A DNA stretch of 63,690 nt, the filler included, from Lenisia limosa (taxonomy: Eukaryota > Protista > Breviatea), in assembly GCA_001655205.1 (NCBI GenBank). It is 19 parts of 19 records of this genome, joined end to end, with 100 filler letters (N's around TTAATTAATTAA, not from the genome) between each part and the next. Parts side by side here need not be neighbours in the genome. Positions count along the whole stretch, not along the records: positions 36,258 to 39,727 come from LPNZ01002002.1; positions 39,828 to 45,190 come from LPNZ01003826.1; positions 45,291 to 46,595 come from LPNZ01002745.1; positions 46,696 to 51,972 come from LPNZ01002124.1; 15 more parts are not named here. One strand, given 5' to 3'. The position numbers and the translations under genes are program-made. The notes under the pieces are model-generated. The model did no database searches. It was given only the letters and a program-made list of their open reading frames with translations, and had not been told where the DNA came from. Below are positions 36,301 through 49,094 of this stretch, one piece after another; position 1 is the first letter of the stretch; each line of letters opens with the position of its first letter.

Positions 36301-38968
36301 GTAGCGGTCCGATCGTCTGCGCTGACGAGGGTTCTGGCTCTAATTTGGTAAGCATACTCTGGAATTGTACATTTATGATTTGAAAGGCTTTTAAAAAATT
36401 CATTTTAACACCCACCTGGCCGAGTGCGAGTGAGTCTGGAATAGGGGGGAAGTTGGCAGTGAGGCGTCGAAGGTCGCGTGACCGCACCCGTTGCCGCCGG
36501 ACCATAAGCAAACGGTACGTCACGGAGGCCGGCTGCAGGATAAAATGGAGCAGAAAACGTTATACTAATTGAAAAAAGAAAAAAAAAAGGGGGGGGGGGG
36601 CTAAANNNNNNNNNNNNNNNNNNNNNNNNNNNNNNNNNNNNNNNNNNNNNNNNNNNNNNNNNNNNNNNNNNNNNNNNNNNNNNNNNNNNNNNGAAGAAAA
36701 CCGCCAACAGTGAGTTTCTTTGCCTTCAGGTCCTTTTCGAGAATTGAAATGTCATGACCGAAAGACTGGAGGCGAGACTGCAGGTCCGGCATGATTGTGA
36801 ATGTGCTCTATTGGGAGTCAATACGTGAGTGTTTGGGATATTCTGAGAAGAAAAGGATGTTGGAGGGTAGCAATCATAAAGAAGCAAAAACGGAGCTGCT
36901 CAAACCTCAGCGGGACCATCAAGCACGGACTCTTCATAGCCTTGCATGACCCAAGGGTGTTTACAAATCACATCAATAGTGGCTCTGGATGGTGAAAACA
37001 AGCACACAAAGCTAGTATACAACCCATTATCAATCATCTTGAATTCTCACCTTTTCTTAGGGTTCACCACGAAGATCTTACTGATTAGGTCCACGCAGTC
37101 TAAAATGTTAGACATTGGCTTTTTTTTTTAGGTTCATTTCAATGCATAAAACGACCCCACCTTTGGACATCCAGGGAGGCAGCCTGTACTGGGCAAGGGA
37201 AATCTGGCGTTGGAGCTTCTCCCAGTTCTTCTGGCTGTCGAAGTTGAACGGTAAGCAGCCAGCAACCAGCGCGTACAAAATACAACCGAGTGACCATACG
37301 TCAACCTCGGGTCCCTGGGGAGGAGAGGTGAAAATAAAAAAATAAAAAAAATAAAAAAAATGTGAAAAAATCCGAAACTAAATATATTCAAGATGTAAGC
37401 AAAGAAAATAATCTAACTTCGTATTTGACTTTGTTCATTAGCTCAGGAGCGCAATAAGTAGGACTTCCACAGAAGGTTCGCATGTTTGATCCTACTCAGT
37501 CAAATGACTGCATCATTGTGAAAATGCGCCCGAGTAGTTTAATTACAATGAAAAAGCATAGGATCGTAGAGATCCGGCAGTTGGACTGCACAGAAAAAAT
37601 CTCACATATTCTCTGTGACGTTGAATATCATTTTACGATAAAAATACTCCACCAACCTTTGGAGTAGAAATTGGAAAGACCAAAATCGATAACCTGAGAA
37701 GTCAATATGAAGGGTGAGGGGGGGCTCGCATGGTGAAAAATGGAGTGAATCCAATAAATAAATAAAAAAGGGGGGGGGGGTCGCCTCACCTTAATTCCAC
37801 GATCTTCATCAAGAAGCAGATTTTCAGCCTTAAGATCCCGATGCACCACGTTGTTCTTGTGGCAATGATCAACCGCCTGTGGGGTCAGTCAGTGGTGGCT
37901 CAAAAAAAACCAAAAAAAAACCTTCCCCCTGTATTTTAACACAATACCGATACTAATAGACCCACCTGAATAAGCTGTCTAAACATTCTGCGAGCAACAT
38001 TTTCTTGGAGCTTTCCATGAGCAACAATAAAATCAAAAACCTAATGAGTTTAACGTGAAATTAAAAACATAATAATAAAAAAACAACTTCTAAGAATAAA
38101 TTGAAGCTTAACGCACAACCAACTCATGGTAATATAATGCTTAGAGGCAAATCCACAAACCTCTCCTCCTCGAGCGTACTCCATAAAGACCATTAGATGT
38201 GAGTTGGTCTCAATAACGTCATAAAGCTGAATAATATGGGGATGTTGGAGCGTTTTCTAAAGGTGTAAACATAAAACAACGAACAGCACACTGGAATCAG
38301 TCAAAGGGTAGTTACGGCCGTACCATAATTTCCACTTCCCTGAGAAGCTTTTTGTGATCAGCTTCAGACGAGAGCTTTGTTTTGTCAATTATTTTCATGG
38401 CAACCTGGAATGTAAAGTAATACCAGAGTTGGAGTTGACTGGAAAGAGAGCATCTACAGATGATCCGCAGTACCCAGGTGGGTTCGTAAAATAGTTTACA
38501 AAACTTCATACATTATCACCATCATTTCAGCCCATCATAAAAGTCCAACCTTTTCCCCTGACTCCAAGTGAAGTACAACTTTCACCTTGCCGAACTCTCT
38601 GAACACAGTTAAAAAGATGACAAGAATAGAATACGAAGATACAAGCAAATCAGTTATGGTTTAGAGAATAATTTTTAGACGGCAATAGATCAGCTGGGGA
38701 AAAAATACAGCAAAATGTTCAGAGGAATCTGAATGAGGCCAAGTAATGGATGTTCATGTTGCCAACGAAGATCGCGGTTAAAGGGCACATTGAAGAGAAA
38801 AGGCTAAACACAAAAACCCAATCGAAAAGTAATCCGGATTAGATAAAGAAAACTGCGGAAGAGACAAACATAGAGAGTGAAAGTGTGTATAATGAGGCAA
38901 TAAAGACAATAAAGTACCGCTTACCCTTCTCCAATAGTCTTTACAACTTCATACCGCCCGTCAATCAC
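36301..38968 (-). CDS. Ser/Thr kinase of the CAMKL (MARK/SNF1-AMPK) family with a UBA-like domain
   Basis: Exons [210 protein letters not shown] and [11 protein letters not shown], followed by a UBA-like segment ending in SVTYRLL. Confidence 0.93.
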
Positions 38969-40247
38969 CTAGAAGGGTCAAATGGTTCTTTAGGTAGCTA
39001 GTTGCTACTCTACACTAACCTCTTTCCGTCTGAAGGTGTATTGCGGAGTTGAAGAAGGAGCCATTATTGGTTCTAATCCAGTAATAGAAGGCAGGAAAGA
39101 AAAAAGGAAAAAAGAAATAAAGAGAATTGAAGGAGTTCCGCTAATCTACTATTTTGCAAATAATACCCATGGGAGCGCGGGATCAAAGACCAAAACACCT
39201 ACCAGTAGCAGGAAAAGTGGGCGAACTTCTTCAAGATAACTTTAGGAAAGGTTAAATGTCACTAATTGGTAATTCAAAGTATATTTGACTTCTCGATAGC
39301 TTCAGCTCTTCTTCTACCGCAATAAGAATAGTCACTTCCGTACACCCATTCCAATTCTTTCAAATATGGTGTACAAAAGACGTTTAACTACTAACTCTGA
39401 TAAATAACCTGCAAACAGAAATAATTTTTGTAATTTCTAGCAACAAAAGGAAATTTTCCGAGCCAGACTGACACAGCGGATCTATGATCGAGCTCAGCGG
39501 GGTGAGCCGAGGTTTGTATTGTATTTGTCTATTAGCATGCTCCATTTTTTTGCTGACAAGCTGACAAGTTGCCCCCTTGCCCTCAAAGCTCACAGGACCC
39601 ACAGGAAACCATGAAGCAAGAAGAAACGAAAAAGCCCTGTCACAACAACATTTATAATTTTGCGGACGAATCAAAAGGGTCTCTTGATTCCTTATATAAC
39701 CAATCCCATTAATCACAGGATGTCTACNNNNNNNNNNNNNNNNNNNNNNNNNNNNNNNNNNNNNNNNNNNNTTAATTAATTAANNNNNNNNNNNNNNNNN
39801 NNNNNNNNNNNNNNNNNNNNNNNNNNNACAGCTACAAAAACTTAGGCAAAGTCGGGTATGTGGGGGGTCAAAGACGAAAACGAACGTTGAATATTGGGAT
39901 TCGCCAAAGCTTTAACAGGTGCTATAAGTTCGATTCAGAAAATGGCTGTCTTTTTACAGCTTCTTTTTCAGTCTGGAAAAGACTGTATACTCGATAAATC
40001 CTCGATAAATATCGATATTTTACCGGTGTTTTGGAACCGAAAGTGAAGCTCTACTTCTGTTCATCATGCCAGTACTTATCGCGGTCACTGTTGTCAACAA
40101 ATAAATTCTAAAAATCATATTTTATCGGAGTATAAATTCTTTATTCCAATTATTAAGTTCCTCCAAAACACAAATCTCTCCCGTGATTAGTAGCTTTTCG
40201 CTATTATTCTTAATCATGATTTCCTTCATTTCACCCCCTCCCCCTAG

Positions 40248-42820
40248 TCAACGATCACCCCTAAAAGCCCGCCACAATCCCCTAAATCCCCGGGTACCCT
40301 CGGAAGAATGTCGCAGCAATCCTCAGCGCTTTTGGCATTACAACGGGCCGGGTCAAGACCGCCTCCAATCTCACTCATGGCTAGTGCTTTACTGTGGGTG
40401 TCTTGTATATAATTTCTGATTATTATCATCACTATCATCATCATCATTATTATTATAAGGCAAATGATTGTTATTATTATTATTATTATTATTATCATCA
40501 CCGTCATCATCACCCCGTAGTGTATCAGAAGAGCAAGCTATTGAAGATTCTGCATCACCACCCCTGCCAACCCCTCCAACTGGCTTCTTTTCCACCCAGG
40601 CTCGACCGAAGGCGGCGAGCGCAAATATCCAACAGCGTGGTTTTGAGGTGGGGGGAGTAGTGGACTGTGTGTGGGTGTTAAATTTGAGGGCTTTGGGCCG
40701 CATTTTCTTTTCTTGATTTTCAAAAACTTATCATCGCACGTTATCTTTTATTGATTTTAAAGGTTTCATTACCCCCCACGTTTTCCTTTGCTGGAAGACC
40801 AGCCCCACTCAAGTTTGAGGGATATAACTACCAGGGCTTCCCTGTATTTGCAAAAAAAAAAAAGACAGAATTTCTTGATAAATCCTTGATAAGTATCGAT
40901 ATATTACAGGTCTCTTTCGGCTCTCCAGCATCCCAATTAATCTCAGAATCTTATTATCTTTCGATTTTGACTATAATCCAACATCATATCTCTTATAAGC
41001 TTGATGGTGTGGACGGCTTCCATCAGATACAATCTTGTTTTTTTTTTCTCATTGCTATATAATGTCTTTTCATTTTGATGCACCCTCTATTCCTTTTTAC
41101 TCCTCCGTTTCCCTCATTTCCCTCAGCACCTATGCACGCCATACAGACGCCTCTCCCTCCGCCACAACGCCACAATATGTGGGTTTCTTGGAACAATTTT
41201 TTGCAGTTAAGTCTGGGCTTCGCTTCGGTTCCAAAAAACGATGGGAAAATATGGATAGTTTTGAGGATTTATAAAGAAATTCCGTCTTTTTTCGAACCGA
41301 AGTGAATCCCTAGTTAAGTCTCTATTGAAACTAGGATCATAAAAATAAAGTCTCTATTGAAATTAGGATCACATAGATAAAGTCTCTATTTCCGTGGGCT
41401 TGGAATTAGATTAAATTATGGGGGTGTTGTGTTTTCCCAAGGATTATCTGTCAAGACTTACCCCTGTCACTTTATACATAATCTTATGACTAGGGCTTCA
41501 TTTCGGTTCGAAAAGAAAGACTGATAAATCCTCGAAAACTATCAATATTTTACCGGTATTTTCGAACCAAAGTGAAGCCTAATTTTGTACCACTGGGGTC
41601 ACTGTGATCCTATATTTCAATATTGAGGCTACTGCCTGCAAATAAGATGGCAACCGCACTTATCCTACTTCAGGGTCGTCAGTCGTCATTCAAACAAGGA
41701 AAGGCCCTCCATTCGCAACCGGNNNNNNNNNNNNNNNNNNNNNNNNNNNNNNNNNNNNNNNNNNNNNNNNNNNNNNNNNNNNNNNNNNNNNNNNNNNNNN
41801 NNNNNNNNNNAATCTCTTTATTTACCTCCCCCAGCAAGCTAGTAGCTCTCCGTACGCACGAAAAAACCAAAAAGAGTGCCCTATTTCCCCTCCTCCACCC
41901 ATCCCCACAAATTTTGTCCCCATGCATAGATCTCGAGATCACATTCGCAGCACCATGCCTTCTCAGAATTACGACAGAAGACAGGAAAACCAGTCAAAAA
42001 GCGAAAATAGACCTGGCGTCTTTGGACCAAGAGACTTGCAACCCCAAGCCGCGACAAGGCCTCTGCGGAGTTTCGAACTGTCGGAAGTGAATCGGAAGAG
42101 CCGATCGGTCCAACGCACAACTTCCGACCTAATCCCGGCAACCCAGCCCGGACAACAATACTCGCCGCTGCCGAACCCCTTGCAGCACCCGGCGGTATAC
42201 ATACCAAAATCTTCATTTGGCCCGGGTAATCCCCGGGTCCCAGGTGCCTCACCAACTCATGGTAATCATAGTGTTCAAGGTGATCAAAGCAATCAAGGTA
42301 ATCAGTATAATCACGGCCGCCGAGAAAGTAGGCATTCCGCGCCAATTATTACGTCGTCGCCACTTAGACGAAATCAAGGTATGAACCTCAGCTTTTTTTT
42401 TTGAGTTGCTTTGTTTTTGAGTTGCTTTGTTTTTTTTTTGTTTTTTTTTTTTTGNNNNNNNNNNNNNNNNNNNNNNNNNNNNNNNNNNNNNNNNNNNNNN
42501 NNNNNNNNNNNNNNNNNNNNNNNNNNNNNNNNNNNNNNNNNNTTTTTAATTGAAATGTTACATTTTTTAATTCTCTCTTACCTCTTCTGTCTTTCTTAGT
42601 TTTGCAATTCTCGCTTTTATTTGCCTTTCTTCTTCCTTCTATTTTTTGTTTTTGTTTGTGTATTTCTAGTCTAAAGCGAGAGACCAAGAGTTTTTTTTTT
42701 GACGTTCAATTCAGCACAGCCTTTGTTTTTAGCTTTATCAGCACAGCTCCAACCTGTAAAACTTGTGGATTTAATTTCCAATTGGATGATGATGGTCCTC
42801 AGATCACAGCAATAAGATGA
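40248..42820 (+). CDS. Pro/Ser/Gln-rich low-complexity hypothetical protein
   Basis: Exons VNDHPKSPPQSPKSPGTLGRMSQQ.., VSEEQAIEDSASPPLPTPPTGFFSTQARP.., APMHAIQTPLPPPQRHN and the long open exon at ~41922-42380. Confidence 0.5.
41214..41312. mobile_element. Family A hAT-type MITE
   Basis: Perfect TSD GTTAAGTC. A second copy follows at ~41491-41581. Confidence 0.9.
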
Positions 42821-43063
42821 TGCTGATTAATAGAGGATATTGAGAGTAAGAGTTGGATAATGGATGAGGAAAATGCTTTGAGTAGCAAGATGTGACTGCA
42901 AATGTTCAGAGAGATTTGACTTGTTAAGTCAGCATGTCCTCTTCCACCCAATTACGTATCACATTACCACCGTATCACAGAGAAAGAAGTTAGAATATTG
43001 CGTGCAATAACAAGAACAAGATATTTCAAGAGTTGAAGAGATTATTACTTTCCGCCTTCATAC

Positions 43064-45190
43064 CTCAACGCCGCATTTCCAGCAGTTGGTCGCATCAGGG
43101 ACACCATCTTGAGATCGTAGATGTGGGAACAACTGTGCCAGTTCTCTTAAGTTCTCTGTGAATCTGTATTACACTGTATTTACAATGATACAATTGGAAA
43201 ACACGTCCCTTGAAATAAATCTCTAGATTTAGTCATTATGAGATAAAAAAAAAGGAGATATAAGTAAACAATTGTTAATTAAAAAATACTTTTTTAGAAC
43301 ATTATTTGCAAAAAAAATTTTATTTTATAAAAAAATGCAGTTAGAAAATTAAGTAAAAATAGGTTTTTGCTGCGCTTTTAGTGCCCAAACTAAATACGGA
43401 AAATAAAAAATTGATTCACTGTAGTGAAATTCAAAAAAACGAGGTGTATCAGGTACACAAAATCAAATGAAAACTTTGTCGAATTATTTATTCGGAAGAC
43501 TGTACATTTATCAAAGTCTTAACAAAAAGTGCGTAACAATTACCTGTTCGGAAGTGGCAATTTGGTAAAACTCCTCCGGTTTTTGATCAATAGCGGGGAT
43601 GTCTTTATCAGGTTCAGCCTCCTGGAATAGGTCTTCTTGCTCCAATAATATACCATGATGGCAGCCAGTGAACCGCACTTTGTCCAGTGATCCGCATTTT
43701 GACCCATCACATATATCAGATGTACCGTCATCATAAAACTGCTCCAGTGTTTGGTGAAAGGAAGAGCACTATTTATACTTACTTTTGGTTGCAAAAAGTA
43801 AGGATTTCTCCTGAGTCCCTTCTCGGATGCACAGGGAAGTAACACTGGGTAGTCCATAACATATCCTAGGGGTTATACAACATAAAAATACTAGACAAAA
43901 ACACAACAAGGCGCTTCATTGCCTCATGGGCTTTGCGTCCGGTTTGAAAAAAGAAATTTTATTTCTCGATAAATCCTCGAAAACTATCGATATATTTTTG
44001 GACTTTTTCAAACCGAAGTGAAACCCAAGGCCTCATCCTCTATCAGAAACAACCTTGTTTTTTGTAACTCCTCTTAGAGTCACGACCTGAGAACTCCCCG
44101 GCCGTATTCGCCTTCAAATATAGGGGGCCTTCGTAGAACGATGTTGGAACGTTGTTTCGCTATTTAAGTTATTTAAACGGTTTTGTTAGTAGTAGTTCAA
44201 GAATTGTGATTTGTGGTGATGTCGAAGGTTTGTGATATCAATGTATTTTTATTTTCAGGTGGTCTTTGAATCTTAGAATGATGATCGTAGAATTGTGGTC
44301 AATTAGAGAATTTGGTGGTGGAGTACGGGTGCAAGAGTTTGGTTGATCAAGTAGTTTGAGTATATGTGTTTTGTCAAGAAAATTACAAAGACTCATGTGG
44401 GGACGGTGAAGGTTCGTATGATTTAATGTAGTGATTATCAAGTAGTTTGTGATCTCTGGACTGTACGTTTTGGGTGGCCCCCCTTTCCTACAAATCCACC
44501 AAAGTGTACATTTTCCAAAAAAGACACGAGACGGAAAAGAAATATAAGAGTTACATTTGCTGGATCAACTCTTTCGCTCTGTTGTCTGTAAGTGGTGGAA
44601 GGCAGATGACATAATAATATTAGGTATTATGTGGATTCAATAGGGTTTATGTGGAACAGCATGTGATATTGTACATGTATTTTGAACAGTATACCTATAA
44701 AAATCAACTAGAGTATGAGTATGCACAGAAGGTATTTGAACAAAGTACACCATGCCCCCTAGTTATTAGGCTACCCCGTTGTGAAGCTTTAATAGTATGA
44801 GAAATAAAAAATAAGGTATTATCTGACCAAAGCCGTCAACACCATCACCCTTTTTTTGAGATTGTTCGATTATAGGATAATATGTGAAGCTTTAATAACC
44901 GCCTCACGCTTGATTGGCATAAGCCGTAAGAATAAAAGGGAGATAGAAGGGGACCGCTCCATCTTCAGGAAGAATGTCAAGAATGGCCTTCGGTGGTAGG
45001 ACGGAAGCAAGGTGGTGGAGGACTATGTGGTTAAGGACTGATAATGATGATGGTGACAGACTATTTTGAAAAGGAAACGGTGTTTTCTTACAACAAGCAA
45101 AAGCAGTCTAAGCCAGGGCACGTCCCACCTTTTTTGAGGTGTTCCAGTGCTGACGGATCATCGCTTGATGTTTCGGTCAATTTGTCAAGA
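43064..45190 (-). CDS. C-terminal part of a Vps39/Vam6/TGFBRAP1-like protein (tentative)
   Basis: LDKLTETSSDDPSALEHLKK, VLNHIVLHHLASVLPPKAILDILPEDGA (cf. L.P..VL.LLP.D) and FTENLRELAQLFPHLRSQDGVPDATNCWKCGVE (CxxC start of a zinc ribbon). Confidence 0.4.
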
Positions 45191-45490
45191 NNNNNNNNNN
45201 NNNNNNNNNNNNNNNNNNNNNNNNNNNNNNNNNNTTAATTAATTAANNNNNNNNNNNNNNNNNNNNNNNNNNNNNNNNNNNNNNNNNNNNCAGTCTTAGA
45301 AAATTGAATTAACGACAATAATTCGAATTAACGACATAGTTTAGGACCTCGAGCATGCATTTGATATTTTATCCCCAAGAACAGGAAATGGGTATGCCCC
45401 CATTGATTTATTTTGTGTCTGGGTTTTAAGATTTACAGTATTCCTCAGATTCCATCACCCCAAAAAAGCATCCTATAATACTCTCCCCAG

Positions 45491-46461
45491 GAAGGCATAT
45501 AAGCGGAATGCTGATCCCCCGCGGGGTGACCCTCATCGTTGGCGGTGGCTTCCACGGCAAAAGTACTCTACTGGAGGCTCTGCAGGTGAGCTGTCAGTAT
45601 GGCTTAAATCTACAGCACCATATGCTATTGCCAATTTGCTGTGGTATCCAAAACAATGTGGAGGAGGGGTGTCTTAGTTCAGAGGATTTCCCATATCTAC
45701 GTATTGTGTTCAATTGCGATTATGTTCTTTGATGCATTAGAACCCTATTGTTCTCAGTTGAAGTTATGTCAATTGTCCTTTAATTTTGAAGGAAATCAAA
45801 AACCAAAACTCACAAGGGCACAATACAAAAACACAACAAAGTCAGTGAAGTATTTTGTGGCAAAAACCAGCACACCTCAAAGATATTAGCAAAATTTTGG
45901 CACATTTTGGAGGTTATATAGTATGTATTTTGATACACGTTATTAGAATGGGTCGGTTGCATCTCGCGCATAAACATAGTCTTCACATTTATGTTTGTGC
46001 TTTTGTTTGATTTGTACCTTACACCACTATTTTTTTATCAAGAATTGCTCTCACCCCCCAGGTTGGAGTGTACAACCACATTCCAGGCGACGGAAGGGAG
46101 TTTGTTGTGACTGACCCGACTGCTATGAAAGTGGGCTGAAATAAGGCCGTCTGATGCACCGCCAATATAGACCCGCAATAATGCCATGATGTGCCGCTAA
46201 CAATTACTCTACAGTGACTGGAATAAGTCTTGACCGATTTTCAAGAAAATTGGTCAAGACTTATCCCGGTCACTGTATGCTGGTAACACCCAACCCTCAC
46301 TTAACATTTTGATATCCTATGTTTTATGTTGCTCTATTGGGTGAATCAACTCCACTGCAAGCGTCTTTGAAATTCCCCCATAACGACCCCCTAGATTAGG
46401 GCCGAGGATGGACGGTCGGTCTTTGATGCCAATTTGTCCCCCTTCATCAACAACTTACCGG
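45491..46461 (+). CDS. Predicted ATPase of the ABC class (PF09818-like), three internal exons
   Basis: Exons 45491-45585 (GRHISGMLIPRGVTLIVGGGFHGKSTLLEALQ, Walker A), 46062-46130 (VGVYNHIPGDGREFVVTDPTAMK) and 46395-46461 (IRAEDGRSVFDANLSPFINNLP). GVYNHIPGDGRE and IRAEDGR..ISPFINNLP are hallmark motifs of this family. Confidence 0.9.
46210..46277. mobile_element. Family B Tc1/mariner-like hairpin MITE
   Basis: TA-CAGTGACTGGAATAAGTCTTGACCGATTTTC / GAAAATTGGTCAAGACTTATCCCGGTCACTG-TA, a near-perfect palindrome. Confidence 0.88.
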
Positions 46462-46810
46462 GTTAGTTCCAGCATTCCTGTACAAAATTCTCATCGTGAT
46501 ATGATGATACTTGACTCTCCTCAACGGAGTTGATTTTGTGCTTTTTTTTTTTCCTCATAAACTCTCTCTTGCTCGCTTACGTCTTCTTTTATTCCNNNNN
46601 NNNNNNNNNNNNNNNNNNNNNNNNNNNNNNNNNNNNNNNTTAATTAATTAANNNNNNNNNNNNNNNNNNNNNNNNNNNNNNNNNNNNNNNNNNNNTGATC
46701 GTGTTGATAGGGGATGTGGTCCGTAAGCTGTACATCCGCAGCATCCCACCAGGCTGAACCGCTGCTACCACTGACGCTGAAAGGTTACAATTATGATAAT
46801 GGGTATTTAG

Positions 46811-46906
46811 GAGGGCTTCATTTCAGTTCCAAAATAACTGAATTTTCGATAAATCCTCGATAAATATCGATATTTACGGTGTTTCGGAACCGAAAGTGAA
46901 GCTCTA
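46811..46906. mobile_element. Family A hAT-type MITE
   Basis: Flanks gtatttag/gtatttgg. Confidence 0.85.
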
Positions 46907-47167
46907 GTATTTGGGAGGAATTAAATCTACATTCATGTTGGTATCTAAAATATGTAATCGTAAAATACGAGTAAATATCGATGTTTATCAAGGATTTATC
47001 GAGAAAATCAGGAGGAAGCAGTTTGGTTGCGGGAGGTGGCGATTTACTGTCTGAGATTGAAAAATTGACTGGTAATTACCTTGTTTGTCCAGACATCCGT
47101 TGAACCAAATTGTAGTATTCCTATTGTCTATGAGCTGATGTTACCCTCCTCCGTATGAGAATCAATA

Positions 47168-47990
47168 ATGAAGGCTCATTTTGTTCAGGTTAATAACTAC
47201 ATCGGCGGTATCCTCAATCGTTTGATTTCTGCCAAATCAACCTTGGAGTCTGATGCTCGCCGACTCAAGCTGCACTACACGTGGGATCATGAGGACACCA
47301 AGGACGCTTGTCCCCACCGAGAGGTGATCGAGGTATGTATAACTCTCTCACTGGTTATTTATATCAATATTGGCCGAGGAGATTGTCAGGCTCACTGTGG
47401 TACACGCGTCCCAGGAGCCCCTTCTCCACTTCATCTTTGTCATCGACACTCGTTTAAGAAAAGCGCTCTGCACTGGCGACTTCTCTTGTGTTGGCCCTCA
47501 GGCCCTCAATCCCAAGTTTGAGAAGGTTGGTTGTAGTGAAATGAAGAAATAAAGTCAAGTATTCGAGGGTATTTGCATATATGCCCAACCTCTCAGACTT
47601 CTTTTGTAAGCAAAGCAGGATATTGTTGACTACATGAGTTCAAGGGACCAAGTCTTGTCCATGTCCTGTTTAGGTTTGTTGAAGCACATTTGGTTGCCAT
47701 CACAATCGATTACATCACATGAACCATTTTGCAACAATACAGGAGCTCTTACATTGTCTCTTAGACTCAACTCCATATTTTTTACAATGTAATGTCAATG
47801 ATACGTCTATGTCACCTGTAAAATATGTTCCAGAGCTTTACTTCAATGGCGGTGGCGATGCCATTCAATGATGTCACCAAGGCCTTCCAGTCGCTCACTT
47901 CCGCCGACACCGCCATTCGCTCTCGTTCCACTGCTGTCAACAGTGCTGAAAGCAGGAGAGTAGCCTTCAATATGCTATCATAGACGAATA
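47168..47990 (+). CDS. Hypothetical three-exon protein
   Basis: VQVNNYIGGILNRLISAKSTLESDARRLKLHYTWDHEDTKDACPHREVIE, RLTVVHASQEPLLHFIFVIDTRLRKALCTGDFSCVGPQALNPKFEK and SFTSMAVAMPFNDVTKAFQSLTS..MLS*. Confidence 0.45.
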
Positions 47991-48775
47991 TCAGATCTCT
48001 CGTTTCTTCTTCTTCTTGGGTTGCAGGGCGTAGTCTTAATTTCTTTGATTGTAGATATATAAAAAACAACTGCACAGACTTGCCAGAAATGAGCCGAGAT
48101 TCTGGTTTTCCTTTTGACAAATATAACGATATTTGCTCTGGTTTTGGCCATCTCAAGATGGCCAAAACCAGAGCAAAGGAGATTTTGAAGAAGTATGATA
48201 CTGTTAATGAATAAGACAATTCAAAGCTATAAACTCTTCAATTGGGTTCCTTGTCAACATACATACATGTACATATGAATTACTTCTCCGCATAACTAGG
48301 AAATTTCCTTGCCTACTTTGGCTTTAGTCTTCCTATACTACCCATGCGGTAGCATTGAAACTATTACCGCGCATCTGCACTTCTGGCCAAATTTTTGCCG
48401 GAACCAACATGTAAGAAGTTCTGTGTGAGGTTTAATTGTCAAGGAACCATTATAGCCAGGCAGTACACTCACAACATACCAAATTTTCCAAAGCAGTGTT
48501 TTGCCACAATTTTAATGGTATAAAATTGCAACCCTTAAGCAATTCTCATATTTTTACTTGATCGTTCTTATTCACATTTTGCGTTCTCTGTTTCTCAAAA
48601 ACCAGATTTTCAAAAGTAACATGGGAAAGCTTGGGCATTGAGCTAAAAAAAACAGCTGAGAATAAAAATTATAAAAAAAAAACAAGGTAAATGACAGGTG
48701 AATAATTCGGAAAGATAGTTTAATCGTCAAATGCCAATTCCTGTTGCATATTGTGCGGTATTATTGGGAAACAAA

Positions 48776-48966
48776 CTTTCCCAAAAATAAAAACGACAGA
48801 ATAATAAAATAATAGTCTCAAGGGGGAATGAACGTCAAAAAATAAGAATAATATAGTGAAGCACACTTATGGTGGCAACGCGTTAAACTCCAGGTCCCTT
48901 TTGACGTTTTTCATTCCCCCTTTCGATTATTATTTTATTATTCTGTCAATTTTCTTATTGGGAAAG
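48776..48966. mobile_element. Foldback/MITE-like element with ~65-bp inverted arms
   Basis: CTTTCCCAAAAATAAAAACGACAGAATAATAAAATAAT..AAGGGGGAATGAACGTCAAAA (48776-48840) mirrors TTTTGACGTTTTTCATTCCCCCTT..ATTATTTTATTATTCTGTC..TTGGGAAAG (48899-48966). Confidence 0.75.
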
Positions 48967-49094
48967 GTGATATCATTTTAGTATCAAGCACAAAAGTCAA
49001 AATGTAAAACAGGGCAAGAAATTAAATCAAATTTGATAGAAAAAAATGCCGGATATTAATTTCGAACCCCCCCCCCCAACAAGAAACAAAATCA

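Noticed and set aside
40410-40515. Poly-His/Tyr/Asn ORFs
   Set aside because: This is a (CAT/TAT)n microsatellite between two exons, read in several frames.
47812-48219. 135-aa minus ORF
   Set aside because: It overlaps the likely last plus-strand exon of the 47168-47990 gene and has no splice or start support of its own.
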